DNA from: a virus | DNA length: 64,000 nucleotides | Virus record (IMG/VR): IMGVR_UViG_3300011008_000186 | Strand: one strand, 5' to 3' | Shown: positions 38,889 to 47,991 of the stretch, piece after piece | How positions within the stretch are numbered: position 1 is the stretch's first letter | Layout of the letters: each line of letters starts with the position of its first letter | Position numbers and translations under genes: made by a program | Notes under the pieces: model-generated | What the model was told of the DNA's origin: nothing | Databases searched by the model: none | What the model saw: the letters and a program-made list of their open reading frames with translations, nothing else

Positions 38889-38975
38889 TACATCAGATAA
38901 GGATTTGCACCTTATATGTTCGGTCTTTCCTGTACACCAACTTTCCATGCGTCTACCTATTCCGCCACAGATGTA
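38889..38975 (-). ncRNA. tRNA-Leu-like element without a recognisable anticodon arm (copy 2)
   Basis: Minus strand reads TACATCTG-TG-GCGGAATAGGTAGACGC-(33 nt)-ATAAGG-TGCAAAT-CCTTAT-CTGATGTA. The D-arm and T-loop are the same as in copy 1. The acceptor and sixth T-stem pairs differ in a compensatory way. It starts 8 nt after the endolysin stop codon. Confidence 0.45.
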
Positions 38976-38982
38976 TCGAATA

Positions 38983-39849
38983 TCAACTTTTTCCGAGCCT
39001 AATAACTTTCCAGCTATTCGGGCCTATTTCGCCGTCTACATAAAGCTTATTTGCTTTCTGCCAAGTTTCGGCAGCTGCTTTTGTCGCGGGGCCATAAATA
39101 CCATCAATATCGCCGGTATAATATTTAAACCAAGCAAGATATTGCTGAACGAATACAGTATCAAGATAGTTTGCGCTTCCGACTTTCAGATAATGAGCAG
39201 GGTCATTGATGAACTGATCGACCATCCAATTTTCCTGATACGTTAGTTCTCTAGCTGGCGTAAGATCGTTAGCTATTGGCTTAATCGTCATAGTTGCTTC
39301 TTGCGATAATACAGAACAGTCAATCAGTGAATTCATACTGCCATGTCTTGTCCATTTGGATTTAACATAGCCTCCTTTGTGATTCATTCGATTGCCGGAT
39401 GCATCTACATAGCTAAATATAATCCCATCATGGCCAACGTCTCCGGTCCATGCGGTACACTCGACAACGTTGTATGTATTTCCATACGCTGTAACCTCGT
39501 ATCCAAGATACGTTCCAACATGACCGGACATATAAAGTACATGCGGCTCTTTCTGCAGAAGAATCTTGGAGAAATTCGTTGTTACATTTTCGCATTTACT
39601 AAGTAATCCATATTCTGTAACATCACCGGTAACACTGAGATTGCTCTGATACGATCCTGCTTTTGCATCTTTTATTTCTCTACCATTGACCAATGCCTTT
39701 ATCAGGTTATTGCAATCGGCAGAAAAACGTCCATTACCATAACAATACAATAAATTATATGGCCATTTGTTTTTGTAAAAAGTATCGCTCCAAGCTAATG
39801 TGATTAGATCTTCACAATACTTCTTGGCTGTAGTTTTGAACGTTGCCAT
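38983..39849 (-). CDS. endolysin: Cys/His peptidoglycan hydrolase (Amidase_5 / NlpC-P60-like) + PG_binding_1 domain
   Basis: 288 aa. FSADCNNLIKAL and MSGHVGTYLG are candidate catalytic Cys and His. The C-terminal YTGDIDGIYGPATKAAAETWQKANKLYVDGEIGPNSW matches the peptidoglycan-binding repeat. Confidence 0.75.
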   Translation of the reverse strand: MATFKTTAKKYCEDLITLAWSDTFYKNKWPYNLLYCYGNGRFSADCNNLIKALVNGREIKDAKAGSYQSNLSVTGDVTEYGLLSKCENVTTNFSKILLQKEPHVLYMSGHVGTYLGYEVTAYGNTYNVVECTAWTGDVGHDGIIFSYVDASGNRMNHKGGYVKSKWTRHGSMNSLIDCSVLSQEATMTIKPIANDLTPARELTYQENWMVDQFINDPAHYLKVGSANYLDTVFVQQYLAWFKYYTGDIDGIYGPATKAAAETWQKANKLYVDGEIGPNSWKVIRLGKS

Positions 39850-39863
39850 AAAATATAATCTCC

Positions 39864-41222
39864 TTATCCATGAACGTAATTCGTCCCAGAATCAAAAATG
39901 GATGTTACATCACTTTGTAACACCCATGAATCATTGACTTTTTTATAAGCCGCCGTAATTTCCTTCCAGGAACCATTATTTTTCCAGTATAGTTTTTCCG
40001 ACGCTTGAGTACCGATCACTACTGCTATTACCGAATCTCCAGACACTATATATGTATAAGTGTAATGATCAACTCCGCCACTTCCTGGAACATCGTATTC
40101 GACAAATACAGTGGCGCCATTAATTGCACCACCATAATAGCCTAGTCTGCATTGAAGTTTCATAGCAGCTAATTGTGCTACTGTGGGCAGAGTTTCCGCT
40201 TCGATAGTTTGAGTACTATTTGACGTGCCAACATCTTTGAAATTTAGTTCTTCTGACAGTTCTGTACTTCCGCTAATTAGTTGTGCACACATGTATTCAC
40301 TTGAGTTAGATGTGCTCTCGGCATGCCCATTAACCATAGCGTATAATCTTGTAACATTAGCATTTGACGGGATGGTTATTCCGACATCATATGTAAATAC
40401 CGCAATAGTACTAGAACCACCAGAGTAATAATTGCTGGTAGTTGTCTCCGAAGTATCATGGCCATTTCCAACGATCCCCTGAAACCAACTTTCGCCTGAA
40501 TTAAAACTACCGGAAACAAGAGTATAACTTCCAAGAACTGTATTTGCAGAATTTTCAGTGCCATGAGCTACTAATTGACTGGTTATATCAACTCCATCTT
40601 TGGTCGCCGTGACTGTATCGCTCTTATTAGTTGGAGTAATGGTAAGTGTGTATTCGACGCCTTCGTATGTGGAATATGCTCCGGATGGAGATATGGTTCC
40701 ATCGCCGGTTAAAGTCGAAGTGACCGTTGCCGGATCTGGAACAGTATAATCAACCTCAATCTCGGCACCATAAATATAAACATAACCTGCCGTATTTCTA
40801 CTGGCTCGTCTGCAATCTATTCTTATACCAAAGTTATTACCATATCCAACTATATCTTCCCAACTTGCTGTTAATCCACTAAATGTATAGACCGAAGCCG
40901 ACGTAGTGATGGCCGAACATGAACCGTTGATTGCTGTGGTTCCATTTGCAAGATATGGTTTGTACGAATCAGAAGTTGATACACCACTCTCATAGGCTTT
41001 CAGTTTAACCGTAAAGCTATTGACGACTGCGGAGCTTGGTATATCGTTAAAATTAAAACCTCTTAAATAAATATAATAAGAAGAAGTACCAGTTCTAGAA
41101 TTGTATACAGTCGCATACGTAGTACTGTCGGTATTAGTATACATATTATCAGCATTGCTGACCGACAAATATGATGTACTGCTGAGATAATACGTAGAAG
41201 GAATGAGTCTAGCTGTTGCCAT
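39864..41222 (-). CDS. tail fibre / receptor-binding protein
   Basis: 452 aa, S/T/G-rich and beta-rich, located in the fibre cluster. Confidence 0.6.
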   Translation of the reverse strand: MATARLIPSTYYLSSTSYLSVSNADNMYTNTDSTTYATVYNSRTGTSSYYIYLRGFNFNDIPSSAVVNSFTVKLKAYESGVSTSDSYKPYLANGTTAINGSCSAITTSASVYTFSGLTASWEDIVGYGNNFGIRIDCRRASRNTAGYVYIYGAEIEVDYTVPDPATVTSTLTGDGTISPSGAYSTYEGVEYTLTITPTNKSDTVTATKDGVDITSQLVAHGTENSANTVLGSYTLVSGSFNSGESWFQGIVGNGHDTSETTTSNYYSGGSSTIAVFTYDVGITIPSNANVTRLYAMVNGHAESTSNSSEYMCAQLISGSTELSEELNFKDVGTSNSTQTIEAETLPTVAQLAAMKLQCRLGYYGGAINGATVFVEYDVPGSGGVDHYTYTYIVSGDSVIAVVIGTQASEKLYWKNNGSWKEITAAYKKVNDSWVLQSDVTSIFDSGTNYVHG

Positions 41223-42730
41223 TAGCTCACCACCTTCAAGTAAATATCGCCATTTGATCCTAAACTTGATGCGGGATCGGTTGTTCCCGTATAATACGTA
41301 ACTATCGGAATATACACATTAACCGAAGCATAATTGGTAACATCTTCCGTGCCATTACTATCAACCGTCAATGTTCCGGATACAAGTTCGGATGCAGACA
41401 CACTCACTGCAGTTCCAGTTTTGGTTCCACCGGAAATATAACCAGCGGTATTGGTTACAGATGGTGTGACGGTAACACTATGGTTACTTACCGTTCCTTT
41501 CGAAGCGGTTGGTGTACCTTCTGAACCAGATGCTATGGACTTACTAGCGGCTGTCGCATAGTAACCAGCGGGCACACTAACTGTTGCGCCGGACGTGGTG
41601 AGATCCGTCGAAGATCTTTGTGCCACATCACTGCCAATATAATTAGAATCAATAGCAGCAACAGTAACCTCACCAGTTGTATATACCCCCGAAGCCACTG
41701 CGGTTTGAGCGGATTCAGTTGGTGTCACAGTTTTAGCTACCTGGGTTGTAAGTTGAAGAGTGCTTGTTGTCGTATCTCCATCTTCTATTTGGCCAATTCC
41801 ACCGGTACCAGCAGCATCGACTACCGCAGTAGAGGTTATAAGACCATTAGCATTAATTGATGTGGTAACCTCGTTATGTGCAAAAGGTACCCATAAATCT
41901 ACAATATTCGGATAATACCCCGGCATAATAACAATCTCGTCTCCGCCGAAAGTCGGATACTCAAATAAGTTAGAACTTTCAGGTGCAGTTATACGCTCTA
42001 TTCCCGAACCCACATAAGTAGAACTGATCGCCCCAACTTCAACACTCGACAATCCATCATATCCAGAATCGGCTGTAATGGTTTGTGATGATTCGGAAGG
42101 GATTGCGGTTTTAGATTGAAGACTGGGAACAGTTGCAGGAACCGCCACATCTACAGATGCATAATTAGTTACATCGATTCCAGTACCATTGGTCGCAATA
42201 GATTTTGTTCCGCTAACTAGCTCACTAGCAGCTACAGTAACGGCCGTACCAGTTTTAGTGCCTCCGGAAATATAACCAGCCGTATTGGTTACAGATGGCG
42301 TGACGGTAACGCTATTGTTACTTACAGTTCCCTTCGAAGCAGTCGGAGTACCCTCTGTACCACTAGCTATAGATTTAGTAGCAGACGCAGAGTAATATCC
42401 AGCAGGGGCAGTTACCGTTGCCCCAGACGCAGTGAGATCACTTGAGCTTCTCTGAGTTATGCCACTGCCTACATAAGTAGAACTGATACCCTCAACAGTG
42501 ACCGTATCTAATCCAGTATATCCACTGTCCGCAGTCACTTCTTGTTGAGCTTCAGTAGGCGTTATAGTTTTATTTTGATTATTAATTGCAACTGGAGTAT
42601 AAGATCCAGTTCCTATTGTTCCATCATTTTGATGAAAGGTTTCAGATGCGAGCACCTCATTTTGCTCCGCAGTATCATTAGTGAGGTCAATAAGGGTCGT
42701 ACCGTTTAATATAACTTTTGAAAATGCCAT
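41222..42730 (-). CDS. tail fibre protein with internal duplication
   Basis: 502 aa. Shares the N-terminal MAFSKVILNGTTLIDLTNDT module. An approximately 80-aa block (SSxDLTxSGATVxxPAGYY...TNTAGYISGGTKTGTAV) occurs twice (nt 41420-41625 and 42258-42465). Confidence 0.7.
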   Translation of the reverse strand: MAFSKVILNGTTLIDLTNDTAEQNEVLASETFHQNDGTIGTGSYTPVAINNQNKTITPTEAQQEVTADSGYTGLDTVTVEGISSTYVGSGITQRSSSDLTASGATVTAPAGYYSASATKSIASGTEGTPTASKGTVSNNSVTVTPSVTNTAGYISGGTKTGTAVTVAASELVSGTKSIATNGTGIDVTNYASVDVAVPATVPSLQSKTAIPSESSQTITADSGYDGLSSVEVGAISSTYVGSGIERITAPESSNLFEYPTFGGDEIVIMPGYYPNIVDLWVPFAHNEVTTSINANGLITSTAVVDAAGTGGIGQIEDGDTTTSTLQLTTQVAKTVTPTESAQTAVASGVYTTGEVTVAAIDSNYIGSDVAQRSSTDLTTSGATVSVPAGYYATAASKSIASGSEGTPTASKGTVSNHSVTVTPSVTNTAGYISGGTKTGTAVSVSASELVSGTLTVDSNGTEDVTNYASVNVYIPIVTYYTGTTDPASSLGSNGDIYLKVVS

Positions 42731-42753
42731 GTACTAAACCTTCCTCTATCTTA

Positions 42754-43731
42754 TTATTTTGCTAATTTTTGAATATGTTTGAGCCAATTATCAATCGTTA
42801 CGGCTTCCATCATCATTCCTTCTGCGACACTACGCGACCGTACCTGATTTGATATGACCATCTTGTCATTGACAGGGATTTGGTTCCACATGCCACGCCG
42901 CTTTTTATAATAATTGGCGAATCTTTTTTCCGTGCTATCGCGATATTCTTTGTTTTCCTGGTTGATCCATTCCGGCTTGTTCATTGTATAGTAAGCATCA
43001 AATATCATGAACGCCGTATAAAACATCGCTTTATCTTGAACGCCACGCTTGACGAATTCGTCAATAAGTGCGTCATTACTGTCTATAAGATTTTTGTAAG
43101 TTTTTAGAATATACTTAGGATCATGTCTGCACACACTGTCGTCACGCCACTTCCAAAGGTAGAAAGCGACAGGGCAGTATTTAACATTCTGCGACAGATT
43201 CGAGCATTGTATATTAAAAAAACTATCCTCATGGATAGTTAGTTTTGGATTCCATCTTATTTTATTATCAATTAGATATTTCCTTCGGTGCACCTTTCCA
43301 TGTACGAAGGTACTGTCCATTTCATGATTAATATATGTTATTTCGTTTGAGTTTGGAATGCGGGTCTCTTCAAGAAACATTGAGGTCAGGCTATCAAACC
43401 CCCCATTTTGAATCTCTCTGAATATTATCCACAATCCACAAACATTGCAGAACATGTCATCTATGTCGCAAAACATAACATAGTCTGCGGTCGCTGCATC
43501 TAAACATGAATTGCGGGCAGCCGACACACCATTATGTTTCTGACGGATCTGTTTTATCTCAAATGGATATTCGACTGTGAAATCCAGATCCTGGGCTTCG
43601 TCGCCATCGTGGCAAATGATAACCCCGATTTCACTAAAATCTATATTTTGTTGTAGTGCTAGACTATCCAGCAAAGGTTTAATAACTTCCGCAGGTTCTT
43701 TATAATGCGGAACTAATATTTGTAATTTCAT
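42754..43731 (-). CDS. family 2 glycosyltransferase
   Basis: 325 aa. LVPHYKEP ... VIICHDGDE ... VSAARNSCLD ... FCDIDDMF (DxD). Confidence 0.75.
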   Translation of the reverse strand: MKLQILVPHYKEPAEVIKPLLDSLALQQNIDFSEIGVIICHDGDEAQDLDFTVEYPFEIKQIRQKHNGVSAARNSCLDAATADYVMFCDIDDMFCNVCGLWIIFREIQNGGFDSLTSMFLEETRIPNSNEITYINHEMDSTFVHGKVHRRKYLIDNKIRWNPKLTIHEDSFFNIQCSNLSQNVKYCPVAFYLWKWRDDSVCRHDPKYILKTYKNLIDSNDALIDEFVKRGVQDKAMFYTAFMIFDAYYTMNKPEWINQENKEYRDSTEKRFANYYKKRRGMWNQIPVNDKMVISNQVRSRSVAEGMMMEAVTIDNWLKHIQKLAK

Positions 43732-43828
43732 TTTTATCCTCCATAACGAATAAATAATAATATATAAATACGGCTTGCGTTATGGCGCATTACTCAGCGG
43801 TTCATGAATCCGCCGCTCCCCGTATTAA

Positions 43829-44798
43829 TTAAGTTGGATTATGTGTGCCATAATCTAATACGTTTTGTATTTCTGTATCAGTAAGCGATACAAATCTCTC
43901 AGAAAAATAGCTCCAATTTGTTGATGATATATAAGCATCATATAGTGATGCGGGCACAAATATACTTCCGTAGACACCATCAGTAGAAGTTGTGTATCCA
44001 CCTATAGGAGTTGATACAAAAGTTGTTGAACTAACTGATAATTGATATAAAGTATTTGCCAGTAAATATAAACTTAATAAATGATAACAACTTTGAAATG
44101 CATAAGTATATATTATGCCTTGAATAGTTGATGAATTACTAAAAACAGCAGTAGTTAATGCAGAACAATTTTGAAATGCACTCGCATAAATACTTGTACA
44201 TAATGGAAAACTTACTTCAGTTAATGCAGAACAAGTATAAAACGCATAAGCACGCATAAGCACCAATAGTCGTACATAATGGAAAACTTACTTCTGCTAA
44301 AGCAGAACAATTATAAAACGCATAAGCACCAATAGTCGTAGCACTTCCGCTAATAGTCCCACTAATAGTTCTCATTGCTATCTCATCAACAGTAAATCCA
44401 CCACCACCTTCAACATTAACTGTCACCTCATCATAAGCATGACCACTGCTCGCCGTATAAGTTCCATTACTTGTTATACTTAAAGGCTCTATATAAATCT
44501 CTTCATCAGTAGTTATCTCTCTAATTGTACCGCCGTGGGCATCTATAGTATCTCGAATCACAGCAGTTGCCGAACCACTAACATTAACATCGACACTAGC
44601 ATACTGTGCAACATCTATGCCTGATCCATTTTCAGTTATGGACATGGTTCCTTCCGGGCGAATAGCTGTGCCGACTATCACTGTTCCACTTTTATCATGG
44701 GCTGTTACGCCATTTTGAAGTGTATCAGCTGTCACGGTATCGGATGTTAGATCAATAAACACAGTACCGTTTGCTAATTCTACTTTGTTATAAGCCAA
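43829..44798 (-). pseudogene. BspA-type LRR tail-fibre gene split by a 10-bp tandem duplication
   Basis: cgcataagca occurs twice in tandem (44243-44252 and 44253-44262). The paralogous repeat unit 60 nt away has one copy. Removing one copy joins ORFs 44217..44798 and 43829..44266 in frame (…TTIGAYAFYTCSALTEV…). Confidence 0.7.
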
Positions 44799-45191
44799 TT
44801 AACTCACCTCATCCCATCCATATACTCCAGGCTCCCATACATTGGCGTCTACTGTTGATTCCCAGTGTTTACTATTACGTGTAACCTTGTCACCTTTCTG
44901 ATATGCGTCCTGAGCTCCAGTAGGCTGAATCCACTCAGAAAACTCTTCTATAGAAACTCGTGTCCAAAGCGCAGGAGCAACATCAGGAATCCAGTCCGCC
45001 TGTGACGTATGAGCCTGTACACATTTATATAAAATGTCTGAATACCGGATCCTATCTCCAACAGAATAAGCAGTGCCAACCCGCCACATCGGAAATAGTT
45101 CGATACCCGAGAGTGCTGTCTCATCATACAGAGAAACTGCAGCCCGTTCGATAAGCGCTCTCAACTCGTAAGCTCGTTCTCTACTGATCAT
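44799..45191 (-). CDS. CBM5/12-like carbohydrate-binding protein
   Basis: 130 aa. Two copies of the Y-x-GD-x-V ... W-x-P ... W pattern (YSVGDRIRYSDILYKCVQAHTSQADWIPDVAPALW and YQKGDKVTRNSKHWESTVDANVWEPGVYGW). Confidence 0.55.
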   Translation of the reverse strand: MISRERAYELRALIERAAVSLYDETALSGIELFPMWRVGTAYSVGDRIRYSDILYKCVQAHTSQADWIPDVAPALWTRVSIEEFSEWIQPTGAQDAYQKGDKVTRNSKHWESTVDANVWEPGVYGWDEVS

Positions 45192-45412
45192 GATAAACCT
45201 CCTGTAAGAATATCAACTATTTCCTCCGCGGTAGATTCTGTTCCGCCATCGCCTTCCATGACATTCCCTTCTTCATATAACCTGGCGAATTCTGAAGGAT
45301 CGTTGGCTTCACTATATTCAATGCCATCACGAACTACATATCGATTGGCATCTGAATACGTTTTAGTAAATTCCCTGCCATTAAGCATGTATTTTTCAGT
45401 AACTATTGCCAT
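45188..45412 (-). CDS. hypothetical protein
   Basis: 74-aa ORF with AAAGGAGA upstream. Confidence 0.55.
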   Translation of the reverse strand: MAIVTEKYMLNGREFTKTYSDANRYVVRDGIEYSEANDPSEFARLYEEGNVMEGDGGTESTAEEIVDILTGGLS

Positions 45413-45467
45413 TTTGAATCTCCTTTATTCCTCTTGTGGTATTGGCGTTCCGTCAGCATAATAATGT

Positions 45468-46090
45468 TCATACTCGGAACCTTCTCGGAGTATTCGCAAA
45501 AGCATTGATGTTAGATAAAATGAGGAAACTATTTTCCTGTCTTATTATCAATACATTGAATACAGAACAATTCCGAAATTCAAATTCTTTTATTCTATTT
45601 GCTACTTCATTTGTTCGTAGTGTCAATATATCTACTGACTCAAGTTTAGGATTAGCCTAGAATGCAAAACTAGTACTATTACCAAGATTTACTAATTTCT
45701 CCAAAACTAATATTCTTAATTTTTTGCATTCTGCCAAACAAGCTACTGCGTTATTCGCTGAAGTTAGTGATGAGAAATGTAACACTTCAGCGCCTATGTT
45801 ATCTAATGCATATGCTCCTATACTAGTAACATTAGGAACATCAACATTAGTTATTTTAGTATCGCCATAAAATGCATATGCCCCAATACTGGTTATCTCA
45901 TCATTCTTATAATCCCCTGCATATGTGCGATTCAGTATCTCTTTCTCATAATTCTGTCTGGCGTCGCCTTCAATAGCCTCTCCGCACTTATCGTGAGCGG
46001 TAGCTCCTTCGATCAGATGCCCTGGAATCACAGTTGCACCGCTTAAATCTATCAGTGTAGTCCGTCAAGAGTAACTTTCGATACTCCCAT
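45468..46090 (-). pseudogene. decayed LRR tail-fibre paralogue (frameshift plus in-frame TAG)
   Basis: ATG at 46090 with AAGGAG gives MGVSKVTLDGLH*. One missing base near 46061 restores MGVSKVTLDG-TTLIDLSGATVIPGHL.... The TAG at 45657-45659 is followed in frame by 62 more LRR-like codons (ANPKLESVDILTLRTNEV...FRNCSVFNVL...). Confidence 0.6.
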
Positions 46091-46100
46091 AGTTTACTCC

Positions 46101-46688
46101 TTATCCAATAGTTACAGTTTTGCCTCCAGCTGAGTTATCTGTCTCGGTATAAGGAATAGCATTAACTGTAACCTGTGCCAAATAGTTGTAACCAGTGCTC
46201 GGAGTTACAACCTGAACGCTGGTGGTTGGTGTTACTGTCGGCGATTCGGCGGTAACATCCTCTGTTCCCGACATAGTTCCTTCTACGCCAAGAATCGTAA
46301 TACCCTGCCTGATGTTCTCAGCAATGATCTTGGCCTGTTCGGTTGAATCGATCCCAACCTTACCCGATCCATCATGATAACCCTGCTGAATCGTATACTG
46401 GCCATTGAGAGTGCTGATTGTACCGGTTACAGAGCCACGATTAGGCATAGTACCTGTCAGTTTGGCTCCATTCTTATATGCAGTCTTTGTTGCAAGAATC
46501 TCAGCAGCTGTTGCGGTTGCATCACTGGTATCAGCATCGAACGTACAGGCACCTGTAGCTTCTGCACCACTGGGCAGATGAAATTTCTTACCAGTTAGGA
46601 CATCACTTGTCGTCACATCATCGCCAGTAAGATCAATTATTGTATTTCCACCATATATAACTTTGTTTACATACTGGTTTGTTGCCAT
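46101..46688 (-). CDS. tail fibre protein (shared N-terminal module)
   Basis: 195 aa starting MATNQYVNKVIYGGNTIIDLTGDDVT. Confidence 0.6.
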   Translation of the reverse strand: MATNQYVNKVIYGGNTIIDLTGDDVTTSDVLTGKKFHLPSGAEATGACTFDADTSDATATAAEILATKTAYKNGAKLTGTMPNRGSVTGTISTLNGQYTIQQGYHDGSGKVGIDSTEQAKIIAENIRQGITILGVEGTMSGTEDVTAESPTVTPTTSVQVVTPSTGYNYLAQVTVNAIPYTETDNSAGGKTVTIG

Positions 46689-46702
46689 ATTTATTTATCT
46701 CC

Positions 46703-46966
46703 TTAATCCCCAATAATAAAGGTCATACCTTTTTCGTTTTGCGTTAAATATGTCGGGATCTCCTCGACCACGACATCGTCCTTCATTATCTTGCCATCTG
46801 TTTCAAGAACTTGTTGAAGCTCGACAGCAGGTGTTACGACGTAAGGACCTTCATAGATGTCACGGTCAATTAATTTGGTATTGATGTATTCACTTGTTCC
46901 GAAATGGATGGGATCGTCGTCCACTATTTTTAATGGAATACGATTTTCAATGATCTGAACGTCCAT
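46703..46966 (-). CDS. hypothetical structural-region protein
   Basis: 87-aa ORF. Confidence 0.5.
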   Translation of the reverse strand: MDVQIIENRIPLKIVDDDPIHFGTSEYINTKLIDRDIYEGPYVVTPAVELQQVLETDGKIMKDDVVVEEIPTYLTQNEKGMTFIIGD

Positions 46967-46972
46967 TCATCG

Positions 46973-47299
46973 TCACCCCTCCCGTAGTATCTTTTCGAGC
47001 AGATTTCGGGTGAATAGGATTGTTTTTATCTCGGTGGCATTTCTCTCGCCGTCGAGCATCCAGTTTATTTGCACTTCGCCTTCTTTTTCAGCTTTGAATA
47101 AAGAGGAAAGCTCCTGCGAAAAATGAACGTTTATTACTGTACGATTATTTTCAGCATCATAATTTACACTGACATCGTCGCCAGTAAATGTATGCTCTAC
47201 TCGTCCTTGCTCAAACGTAACATATACCTCGGCAAGGCTGAGATTCACACCCTCAATAATAAATTCTGTTACGGGAGTGGTATATCTTCTTACGCTCAT
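46973..47299 (-). CDS. hypothetical structural-region protein
   Basis: 108-aa ORF. Confidence 0.5.
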   Translation of the reverse strand: MSVRRYTTPVTEFIIEGVNLSLAEVYVTFEQGRVEHTFTGDDVSVNYDAENNRTVINVHFSQELSSLFKAEKEGEVQINWMLDGERNATEIKTILFTRNLLEKILREG

Positions 47300-47326
47300 A
47301 TAGCCCCCTTAGTATAAAATATAATC

Positions 47327-47587
47327 TTATTTCGTTTCATCCTTAAACGGTGTTGTGTAATTTAGAGCTCTGGCGCTATCCGAAATTCCAGAAGTAGTCG
47401 GGTCGATAATAATGCCGGCCAGAACAAGAAGATCAACAATAGCCATCGCAATAGATACTATTCGTTCCTGAGAAAAGGCAGGAACAACTCCAGCGGCATC
47501 CAGGATCTGATAAGCCAAAGTGATAACACCAAGGATTATTGCTACTAGAGTAGCTTTATTTTTAAGTCTGAGTTTCCAATTGATCAT
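47327..47587 (-). CDS. holin, phi-LC3 family
   Basis: From the ATG at 47587 (GGAGG upstream): MINWKLRLKNKATLVAIILGVITLAYQIL...LLVLAGIIIDPTTSGISDSARAL matches the family pattern MINWKVRxKNK ... DPTTxGxSDS. Confidence 0.75.
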   Translation of the reverse strand: MINWKLRLKNKATLVAIILGVITLAYQILDAAGVVPAFSQERIVSIAMAIVDLLVLAGIIIDPTTSGISDSARALNYTTPFKDETK

Positions 47588-47601
47588 TTTGAATTTACCT
47601 C

Positions 47602-47976
47602 CTATACTTTGAACCATTCTGGTTTTGCCAGATCATTATCTTCGAGCCATTTATTGAACAGACTGGTCAAATACCAGTTTCCATTAATGTCTTTAAAATA
47701 ATGCTCAGCAAGTTTCATAATTTCTGAAATTTCGTGCGGATAATCTGCAATAAGCAAAAGAAGTTGCGTTCGTAATTCATCTTTTTCGCTGATCTTTTGC
47801 CGACTTTTTATCTGTTCCATATCAGATTTTAGAGTCTCAAAATTCTGTCGCATATGATCGTCGCGCTCTTTACTTTTGGTTATCCGTTCTCGTATAGGTT
47901 TTATAAAAAGAGCCGCTAACCCGAATATAGTCAGCAGCCCATCCGCAATAAGTACGGCTGTACTAAATATTTCCAT
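47602..47976 (-). CDS. N-terminally membrane-anchored protein
   Basis: 124 aa. TM segment VLIADGLLTIFGLAALFI followed by a coiled coil. Confidence 0.55.
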   Translation of the reverse strand: MEIFSTAVLIADGLLTIFGLAALFIKPIRERITKSKERDDHMRQNFETLKSDMEQIKSRQKISEKDELRTQLLLLIADYPHEISEIMKLAEHYFKDINGNWYLTSLFNKWLEDNDLAKPEWFKV

Positions 47977-47991
47977 GTATTTTCATTCCTT

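Noticed and set aside
45657-45659. In-frame TAG as evidence for amber reassignment or suppressor-tRNA recoding of late genes.
   Set aside because: Other genes in the same region use TAG as a normal stop (for example 47602..47976). The only canonical tRNA has anticodon UUG. Neither tRNA-like element contains a CUA/UCA/UUA anticodon loop. The same gene also carries a frameshift, which favours decay.
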